A stretch of 64,000 bases of DNA, from positions 220,986-284,985 of the forward strand of contig JAZDNM010000003.1 in assembly GCA_043799715.1 (NCBI GenBank), in the 5' to 3' direction. The stretch is from an archaeon. GTDB lineage: Archaea; Nanobdellota; Nanobdellia; Pacearchaeales; DTIR01. Both the position numbers and the translations under genes were made by a program. The notes under the pieces were generated by a model. It was not told the origin of the DNA. It was given only the letters and a program-made list of their open reading frames with translations, and searched no databases. Below are positions 57,569 through 64,000 of the stretch, piece after piece (position 1 is the first letter of the stretch; every line of letters begins with the position of its first letter).

Positions 57569-59143
57569 TTATAGTTCTTCAAGAAGCTTCCTGACTTTTT
57601 CCCTTTCAAGCAGGATTAAGCTGCTTAATCTCGGCCCCTGTTCTTTGCTGATTATAATCCTGTATGCAGCAGCGAAAAATTCCTTTGTGCCTATTTTGTG
57701 CTTTTCTGCTATTCTTTTGAACTCATCAATCAGATGCTGCTCTGTAATTCCCTTGCCAAGGAATTCTGCAAGCTCTTTCAGGGCTTCTGTTTCTTTCTTG
57801 CTGAGTTTTTTTGCCTCTGCCTTGTCAATTTGCTCATTTATCTTGAAAATGAATTCTTCTGGAGCTTGCTTGAGCCAGTTTCTTGCAAGCTCGGCTCTTT
57901 TCATCAGTCTTGTCCTGTCCTCTGCTGTCTTTGCTTCCTGCTTGTAATGCTCAAGCAGAGCCTTGCTGTCCATAAGCTGCACTATTTCAGCCATCTGCCT
58001 GAAGCTTGGAGCAAAAATGTTCTTTGGCGGTTTTTCAGAGACTTGAGAAAGTTCATAGATTCTTTTCTGCTTCCTGTCAAGCTTGCTGCTGAAATATGCC
58101 TGCTCAAGGCAGTCATATTCTGCATAAATCTTGATGACATCAGCGTCAAATGCAATTGCGAACTCTGTGTTCGGCCTTGACTTGACAAACAAGTATCTCA
58201 ATATCTGGGGCTCATAAACCTGAAGGCACTGCTCCAAATCAATCACATTCCCAAGTGATTTTGACATCTTGCCTCCCTGCCCCTTGATTGTTATGAAATC
58301 ATATTTCTGGTAAAGCGGAGGAGCTTCCATGTAAATTTCCTTTATTATCTCTGACGCTGTTGTGTAGCTTCCTCCTGGAGTCGAGTGCTCTTTTCCGCCT
58401 GGCTCAAAATCAACTCTGAAATAATGCCATCTCATAGGCCAGTCAATTCTCCACGGCAGCTTGACTATGCCTTTTTTCGAGAAATCAATTTCTCCTTTGT
58501 ATCCGCACTTGCATTCATACTGCAGCTTGAAATTCCCATCCCAGCTGAGAATTCTTGTCATGTCCTTCATGCATTTCTCGCAGTAAATCTGGACAGGCCA
58601 CCAGTTCTCATCAAGCTTCTCGTCTGTCTTGAACTTGTTGAGAATCATCTTTATTTTCTCCTTGTGCTGCAGAATGAATTTTATCTCCCCTGAATAAACG
58701 CATTTCTCATATTCCCTTGACTCATAAATAAACTCAGGGAATATCCCCAGCTCAGGGAGATATTTCTCAACATCCTTTTCAAAATGCTCTGCATAATTCT
58801 TGTGGCAGCCGAATGTGTCGGGGGTTTTTGTCAGCTGTATTCCCTTGCAATTTTCAAGAATCTCTGGCTTGGGCATTCCGGATGGAACTTTCCTGAATCT
58901 GTCAAAGTCATCCCAGCTGTATATGAATTTCACTTCCTTATTTTTCTGCTTCATTGCCCTTGCAACAAGCTCAACTGTTATCATCTCCCTGAAATTGCCA
59001 ATATGAACCTTGCCGCTTGGGGTTATTCCTGCAGAGCACACAAATTTAGTCCCTGACTTCGGCTTGCTGATACAAAGCTGCTCTGCTATGCTGTCTGCCC
59101 AGTGGTATTTCTCCTCTGGCTCTTTTTCCTGTTTCTTTGCCAT
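57569..59143 (-). CDS. lysK: Class I lysyl-tRNA synthetase
   Basis: GITPSGKVHIGNFRE (HIGH region of LysRS-I) and KMSKSLGN. 524 aa. Confidence 0.8.
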   Translation of the reverse strand: MAKKQEKEPEEKYHWADSIAEQLCISKPKSGTKFVCSAGITPSGKVHIGNFREMITVELVARAMKQKNKEVKFIYSWDDFDRFRKVPSGMPKPEILENCKGIQLTKTPDTFGCHKNYAEHFEKDVEKYLPELGIFPEFIYESREYEKCVYSGEIKFILQHKEKIKMILNKFKTDEKLDENWWPVQIYCEKCMKDMTRILSWDGNFKLQYECKCGYKGEIDFSKKGIVKLPWRIDWPMRWHYFRVDFEPGGKEHSTPGGSYTTASEIIKEIYMEAPPLYQKYDFITIKGQGGKMSKSLGNVIDLEQCLQVYEPQILRYLFVKSRPNTEFAIAFDADVIKIYAEYDCLEQAYFSSKLDRKQKRIYELSQVSEKPPKNIFAPSFRQMAEIVQLMDSKALLEHYKQEAKTAEDRTRLMKRAELARNWLKQAPEEFIFKINEQIDKAEAKKLSKKETEALKELAEFLGKGITEQHLIDEFKRIAEKHKIGTKEFFAAAYRIIISKEQGPRLSSLILLEREKVRKLLEEL

Positions 59144-59147
59144 TTTC

Positions 59148-59423
59148 TCAGAAAGAGATAATCCTGAAGTCAGCGAACTCCCCTGTATAGTTCTCCTCTT
59201 TTACATCAACTTTCTCAACTTTAGAATATTTCGGCCCTTTTTTCAGGAACTCCAGCATTTTCTCAAGGTCAATCACATTGCCTTCAAAAACAGCATCAAC
59301 GCAGTCCTCTGTGTTCCTGACAAATCCCCTCAAGCCAAGCTTGTCCGCCTGCTCCTTTGCCTGAGTCCTGAAAAAAACACCCTTGACAACGCCGTAAATC
59401 CTTGCATGAAATCTCTTTTTCAT
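59148..59423 (-). CDS. acyP: Acylphosphatase
   Basis: IYGVVKGVFFR and GFVRN signature. 91 aa. Confidence 0.8.
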   Translation of the reverse strand: MKKRFHARIYGVVKGVFFRTQAKEQADKLGLRGFVRNTEDCVDAVFEGNVIDLEKMLEFLKKGPKYSKVEKVDVKEENYTGEFADFRIISF

Positions 59424-59447
59424 AACGTGAAGAAAGATGCAAGATTA

Positions 59448-60230
59448 TTAAGCTTTTTGCTTTCCGGATTTTTTCTTCGGCTTTGGCTGTTTCTGCTTTG
59501 GCTCTTTTTTGGCTCTCTTCTTAAAAACAAATGAAAATACAAGAAGAATTATTCCTGCTGCGAAGAATGCGCCAAAAATCATGAACGAGATGTCTGTGAC
59601 TGATGAAAGCAGGGGTATAAATGGCTGAAGGTTAGGGGTTGCTGCTGCCTGCATTATCCTGTCTCTTGCAATGAGCAGTATAAACGGCAATCCTGCAATT
59701 ATTAAATTATTGGCTACTGTTCTTATGCCCCCAAGTAGGATAATCAGAAGCCCTATTATTATCAGCACAAGAACTGCTTTCATGCTTGCATCTTTGAAAA
59801 AATCATTTGCTGGCTTTGAGAAAATGAATGAGGGAAATTCGCCTTTTTCCTGGGTTTTGAAGCACTCAATAAATGAGCATGTGTAATTGGCATAATACAT
59901 CTTGTCAAAGAAATCATCAAGAATAGCCTCATTGATAGGCACATTGTTCCTTATGTCATTGCAGTCAATTGTTATGTTCTCTGTGCTGTCAACAGGAATC
60001 TGGACTTCGTCAACTGTCTCGCACTCAATCCTTATGCTTGCATCAAGCTTGCTGTTTGCGTCAGCATCCTGGGGCATTGCCGCTGAAATTGCAAAGAAAA
60101 GCGGCTTCATCACCTCTGGTTTTGTTATTTCAGCCAGTGAAAGCGTGAATGGAACTACAAACAGAAGCCCGACAAAAACCATCGACAAAAGAAGAACCGC
60201 AATCCACTTTAATACTCGAGTCAAAGCCAT
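59448..60230 (-). CDS. Membrane protein with a Lys-rich C-terminal tail (hypothetical)
   Basis: 260 aa with four TM helices. C-terminus KKRAKKEPKQKQPKPKKKSGKQKA. Confidence 0.45.
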   Translation of the reverse strand: MALTRVLKWIAVLLLSMVFVGLLFVVPFTLSLAEITKPEVMKPLFFAISAAMPQDADANSKLDASIRIECETVDEVQIPVDSTENITIDCNDIRNNVPINEAILDDFFDKMYYANYTCSFIECFKTQEKGEFPSFIFSKPANDFFKDASMKAVLVLIIIGLLIILLGGIRTVANNLIIAGLPFILLIARDRIMQAAATPNLQPFIPLLSSVTDISFMIFGAFFAAGIILLVFSFVFKKRAKKEPKQKQPKPKKKSGKQKA

Positions 60231-60645
60231 ATGCTGATAAGAGAAGAATTATTTTTAAACTTAACTAAGAGATGGGATTTTTGCCTTTTCCAAATTGATT
60301 ACTAATACCCCCCCACTATGAATACTACTCCCAGATTAATTTTTTAGATTTGTTCCTCTTTATTTCTTCCGTTTGAAATATTGGATTATCTCGGATGCAC
60401 TGAGATAACCAAAGAACAAAGTACCAATTCCTGTACTCCAAAATAATAATGGATATGATTCTGAGATTGTAATGAACACTGTGAAAGTTGTCAAAGTAAG
60501 CCCCAGCATATTCATTCCATCTTTTAGATGTTCGTTCATCCTTATTCACCTCCCATATTAAAAAGGAGATCTGGATTAAAAGCTTATCGGATTTTTTAAT
60601 CTACCATTTAGATAATCTTAAATACCCCCTTTTATTTTTTAGGAT

Positions 60646-61020
60646 ATGCAAGAGCGGTTTAATAAACTCTTGAAGAATAACACGTTCACTATTTTAACTA
60701 TCCCTCTTATGTTTCCATTTTTATTAAGAGTGGGAGTTACAGGGATTTACTTAATAATTGATATTCTTTGTTTATTGGTTGGGATGGCTGTAGGAATTTC
60801 AATAAGACATTTATTTCACAATGAGGGTTATAGTTATGGTTGTTTTTGGTGTTATAAGTTAAAACCAGAAAAAGATTTTTTAGAACAAATTAAAACAGAT
60901 GAAGAAGAAGCTAAAAAAGTAGAAGTAATAAGATGCCCCCTCTGTAAAGAGAAGATTTATGCAATGGATTCAGCAGCACATAAAAGGGAGTTCCACAAAT
61001 CCCTATTAAAGATTGATTAA
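60646..61020 (+). CDS. Membrane protein with a C-terminal zinc-finger-like CPLC ... HKREFH motif (hypothetical)
   Basis: 124 aa with two TM helices, then CPLCKEKIYAMDSAAHKREFH. Confidence 0.35.
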   Translation: MQERFNKLLKNNTFTILTIPLMFPFLLRVGVTGIYLIIDILCLLVGMAVGISIRHLFHNEGYSYGCFWCYKLKPEKDFLEQIKTDEEEAKKVEVIRCPLCKEKIYAMDSAAHKREFHKSLLKID

Positions 61021-61038
61021 GAAGAATTCTGTTGCCTG

Positions 61039-61182
61039 TTAAATCTTGACGCCAGAATCCCTGACTTTCTGGGAATGCTGGTCCAATCGTCCTGATGCAA
61101 GGCAGTCCCAGCATGTGTGCATTGAGCCGTCTTTCTCCTTGACTTTTCCTGTATCCTTGCATTTCGGGCATTGCTGTTCCAT
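61039..61182 (-). CDS. Small zinc-ribbon protein (47 aa), not in the ORF track
   Basis: Encodes MEQQCPKCKDTGKVKEKDGSMHTCWDCLASGRLDQHSQKVRDSGVKI, with two CxxC pairs. Confidence 0.3.
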   Translation of the reverse strand: MEQQCPKCKDTGKVKEKDGSMHTCWDCLASGRLDQHSQKVRDSGVKI

Positions 61183-61292
61183 GCTTCTAAAATGCTCTTT
61201 CTGTTTTTAAAATTATCTACAATATGCTGTTATAGTGCCTTTATGCAAAAATTTTTAAATTAGAATTATCTTAAAAGAGAAAAGAGGGAAAA

Positions 61293-61586
61293 ATGGCTTT
61301 TACTGAAACATTATTGATATTTCTTGGGGGATTTCTTGGCGTATGGGCAAGCATTATGATGAAATATTCTGTCAAAATAAAGAAATTTGCTGAGCTTGGA
61401 AACTATGTTATTGCATTGCTCCTGAGCTTCGCAATTTATGGGGTTTATTCATTCCTGGTTTCTGCGGGCTTCCTGCCTTCTGGGTTTTCAAGACTGGCTT
61501 TGTTCGGCATTTCTGTTTTTCTGGGATTCAGTTTGGATGAGCTGGCGAGATATTTCTACCAATTGCTCAAGAAATCATCTAATTAA
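61293..61586 (+). CDS. Small membrane protein (hypothetical)
   Basis: 97 aa with three TM helices and aaagaggg RBS-like sequence upstream. Confidence 0.4.
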   Translation: MAFTETLLIFLGGFLGVWASIMMKYSVKIKKFAELGNYVIALLLSFAIYGVYSFLVSAGFLPSGFSRLALFGISVFLGFSLDELARYFYQLLKKSSN

Positions 61587-61777
61587 TTGAAAAGATTAGA
61601 ATAAATGCAGCTTCCGTAAAGCGCTGCTTTTGCTGTTCTCTCAAGCCCTATAATTTTCATAACGCGGACTGTCTCCTCAATGCTTCTTGTTGAATACATG
61701 AAATGTGCCTGCTCAAATATCTCCGACGCCATATCCCTGTCAACTTTTTTATCATTGTGCTCTTTAATGCGAGTCAT
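61583..61777 (-). CDS. Hypothetical small protein downstream of cbf5
   Basis: 64 aa ORF that abuts the cbf5 stop. Confidence 0.3.
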   Translation of the reverse strand: MTRIKEHNDKKVDRDMASEIFEQAHFMYSTRSIEETVRVMKIIGLERTAKAALYGSCIYSNLFN

Positions 61778-61779
61778 TT

Positions 61780-62631
61780 TCAGTTCAAAACTGTCTTGGG
61801 CTTTGCAACAATCTCGTGCTTTAAATCTTTTATGGAAATGCTTTCCACTTCTGCCCTTGCGACTTCAATGAGTTTTTTGCTGTTCATGACAGCAATTGAC
61901 TCATCCTTGCTGAAATTGTCATAATTTTCAAGCATGTCGCTGAAAACAGGGGAGCCGTGCAGTAGTTTGTCAAGGAACTCTGGCTTGACTTCTGCTTTTT
62001 TCAGGATTTTAGTTATTTCCTCAACAGGATGCAGCATTGCATCAAGTTTTTTGCTGTCGCCTTGCTTGTGTTCCTGAATTGCATCTGCAAACTGGTAAAG
62101 AGTGAATGAATCTTTCTCATTGAATATGCTTGCCTTTGTCCTTCTCAGCTCTGACATGTGCATTCCTATCCCAAGCTCAATGCCCAAGTCATGAACAAGC
62201 TTTCTGATGTAAGTCCCTGCCTCGCATTTAACTCTGAAAAGAATTTCAAATTCCTTTCTCTCAAGAATGTCAAAGCTTATTATTTCCCTCTGCCTTTCCT
62301 GCCTTTTCACTCTTGACTTCACAGGAGGCAGCTGCATTATCCTGCCAAGAAATTTCTTTTTTATTGCCTCTGCAATTTTTTCAGTTTCAATATCCTTATG
62401 CAATCTTGCAATTCCGACATACTCCTTGTCCTGATGAATAAAATAATCCAGAAGCCTTGACGCCCTGCCAAGCAAAATTGGAAGTACTCCTGTGACTTCA
62501 GGGTCTAAAGTTCCTGAATGCCCTGCCTTGCTCAAGCCAAGCTCTTTTCTCACAAAATCAGTTACTTGGAATGATGTCATTCCCGCTGGCTTGTCAATTA
62601 CAATTATGCTCCTGTTCAAGTCAAGTTCCAT
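61780..62631 (-). CDS. cbf5: tRNA/rRNA pseudouridine synthase Cbf5 (TruB family)
   Basis: IVIDKPAGMTS and GHSGTLDPEVTGVLP TruB motifs. 283 aa. Confidence 0.8.
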   Translation of the reverse strand: MELDLNRSIIVIDKPAGMTSFQVTDFVRKELGLSKAGHSGTLDPEVTGVLPILLGRASRLLDYFIHQDKEYVGIARLHKDIETEKIAEAIKKKFLGRIMQLPPVKSRVKRQERQREIISFDILERKEFEILFRVKCEAGTYIRKLVHDLGIELGIGMHMSELRRTKASIFNEKDSFTLYQFADAIQEHKQGDSKKLDAMLHPVEEITKILKKAEVKPEFLDKLLHGSPVFSDMLENYDNFSKDESIAVMNSKKLIEVARAEVESISIKDLKHEIVAKPKTVLN

Positions 62632-62688
62632 CCGGGGATTTAGAAAAAGATATTTATAAAATATATCAAAAGAAGTGAATATTCAAAA

Positions 62689-63222
62689 TTATTTCTCAAG
62701 CGCCTTTCTCTGATGGACTTCTGTCCTTGGCTTTATGAGCTCCCTCTCAACTTCATGCTTTTCCTTCTGCAAGAGTCTCTCTTCTTCCTTGAGCTCCTCT
62801 GCTCTTTTTTCCTCTTCTGCATTGCCCTCTTTTTCCTGCTCTGCCTGTTTCTTCTCAATCTCTGATTTTTTCACAGCTGCTTTTGCAATCTCTGACTTTT
62901 CTTTTGCCATAATCATCTCTGCTCTTTTGCTGAGCTTGACTACCTCAACCATCACTTCACCTGTTGAGTATTTCACTGCCTTGATTTCTATCTTGGCAGG
63001 CGGCTTTTTTATGCTGCGTCTCCATACTGCCTCATTCAGAAATTTGCTAAGCTTGATTTTCTTTATGTCGTCCCTGACTTTCATGTGCCTTGCTATGAAC
63101 TCCCTTATTGTCTTTACTGCCTTGTTTGCCCTTTTGTATCTTGGCACATGCATCCACGAGCTTCTCAATGGAATTATGTATTTCCTTTCAAGAACAATTG
63201 TTTTTTCCTGTTTCTTTGCCAT
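62689..63222 (-). CDS. rpl31e: Ribosomal protein L31e with a long K/E-rich C-terminal extension
   Basis: The first ~90 aa match L31e: IPLRSSWMHVPRYKRANKAVKTIREF and LNEAVW. A charged ~85 aa tail follows. Confidence 0.8.
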   Translation of the reverse strand: MAKKQEKTIVLERKYIIPLRSSWMHVPRYKRANKAVKTIREFIARHMKVRDDIKKIKLSKFLNEAVWRRSIKKPPAKIEIKAVKYSTGEVMVEVVKLSKRAEMIMAKEKSEIAKAAVKKSEIEKKQAEQEKEGNAEEEKRAEELKEEERLLQKEKHEVERELIKPRTEVHQRKALEK

Positions 63223-63228
63223 TTTCGC

Positions 63229-63435
63229 TTAACCTTGATGCCCTGGCTTGAACCTTCTCGGCAAGGCATGGATTTTTGTCCTTCTCCAGTTTCTTTTTAG
63301 TCTTGTTATCCTTGAGGGATGCACTCTCTTGCCTTTCCCGAATACTTTAGGAATGAGCCAGAACGGAGCCCATTTTGTCCTCTTGCCCTGCTTGGCAAGA
63401 TGCCTTTTCCTGCTTGTTACTTTGTTATGTGGCAT
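63229..63435 (-). CDS. rpl39e: Ribosomal protein L39e
   Basis: Basic 68-aa protein, KRHLAKQGKRTKWAPFWLIPK ... RRTKI. Confidence 0.8.
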   Translation of the reverse strand: MPHNKVTSRKRHLAKQGKRTKWAPFWLIPKVFGKGKRVHPSRITRLKRNWRRTKIHALPRRFKPGHQG

Positions 63436-63473
63436 TTTGCTGTTTGATTTTTTATTTAATGATGTTATTTATT

Positions 63474-63818
63474 TCACAGGGGAGCTTCATAAACCTTTTC
63501 CCTGCGGTTGTCTGCCTTGCTTACTTTAAAAATTTTCCATACAGGCATTATGTCTGCGATTGAGATATTCAGATTGTTTTTGTTGTAAAAATCCGCTGCA
63601 GACTCATAAGAAATAAAAATATCCTCCAGATGCCTGAGATTTTTGCTGCTGCTGACAAGCATGTGAGGCAGGGATAGATGAACTGCCTCTGCAGGCATCA
63701 AGTCTATCTGGTAGATTTCTTCTTTTTTTCCTGAATTATTTTTTGCATTGCTTAAGGAATCATAAAATGTCTTCCAGATATTCTTCCTGTAATCAAGGCA
63801 TATCCCAAACTTTTTCAT
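63474..63818 (-). CDS. Hypothetical protein (114 aa)
   Basis: ORF only. Confidence 0.35.
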   Translation of the reverse strand: MKKFGICLDYRKNIWKTFYDSLSNAKNNSGKKEEIYQIDLMPAEAVHLSLPHMLVSSSKNLRHLEDIFISYESAADFYNKNNLNISIADIMPVWKIFKVSKADNRREKVYEAPL

Positions 63819-63866
63819 TTTTTAATTTATTTTGTTTCTTTCCGAGGTTTCTTCCCAAGAAAGCTC

Positions 63867-64000
63867 TTACTTCCTGAAATGGAACTCCTTTTTTCCTTTT
63901 TGTATTTCCTGAAGAAGAATCTTGAATTCCTCGTCAGTCATCACTTCCCTTATCTGCCCTGAAGCCACTGCCTGCGCAATAAGCGAGATTGCCCTTACTG
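63867..64000 (-). CDS. 3' end of a gene whose start lies beyond the window (hypothetical)
   Basis: The minus-strand frame ends ... VRAISLIAQAVASGQIREVMTDEEFKILLQEIQKGKKEFHFRK with stop at 63867-63869. Confidence 0.3.
   Translation of the reverse strand, partial: VRAISLIAQAVASGQIREVMTDEEFKILLQEIQKGKKEFHFRK

Noticed and set aside
1-64000. Search for CRISPR arrays, rRNA genes, integrases or transposases
   Set aside because: No regularly spaced direct repeats, rRNA-like conserved stretches or recombinase, integrase or transposase motifs were recognised. The tRNA cluster at 18.0-18.7 kb has no adjacent integrase.

Overview
This window reads as a compact, moderately AT-rich archaeal chromosome segment. 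Genes are densely packed, and many start and stop codons overlap by 1 or 4 nt. Archaeal housekeeping genes are spread throughout. They include archaeal-type pheS and pheT, trpS, class I lysyl-tRNA synthetase, CCA-adding enzyme, aCPSF1, aRNase J, spt5 with secE, ftsZ, proteasome beta, mre11 with rad50, hjc, cbf5, and ribosomal proteins L31e and L39e. There are three tRNA genes, and tRNA-Glu and tRNA-Gln each appear to carry a canonical 37/38 intron. No rRNA, CRISPR array, integrase or transposase was seen. The first ~11.5 kb and several later loci are accessory. They encode large secreted or membrane-anchored cysteine-rich, N-glycosylation-rich surface proteins with cadherin-like, PKD-like and lamin-tail-like motifs. 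The gene content and compactness are compatible with a small-genome (DPANN-like) archaeon, but that is inference. Loci flagged for follow-up are listed below. (1) A recurring C-terminal anchoring module, poly-Gly linker, Cys/Trp motif, TM helix and long charged cytoplasmic tail, shared by otherwise different giant surface proteins. (2) A cca / MEMO1-like / atypical QueE-like radical SAM / deoxyribosyltransferase-like operon, with the canonical AmmeMemoRadiSam radical SAM gene encoded 35 kb away. (3) A GTPase with a DUF2073-like protein and a zinc-ribbon protein. (4) An 825-aa coiled-coil metallophosphoesterase next to a lone TldD/PmbA-like peptidase. (5) A small ORF wedged between pheS and pheT with coupled start and stop codons. 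(6) An hjc gene whose conserved N-terminus lies upstream of the first ATG. All functional calls are by-eye motif recognition and need homology or structure searches to confirm.
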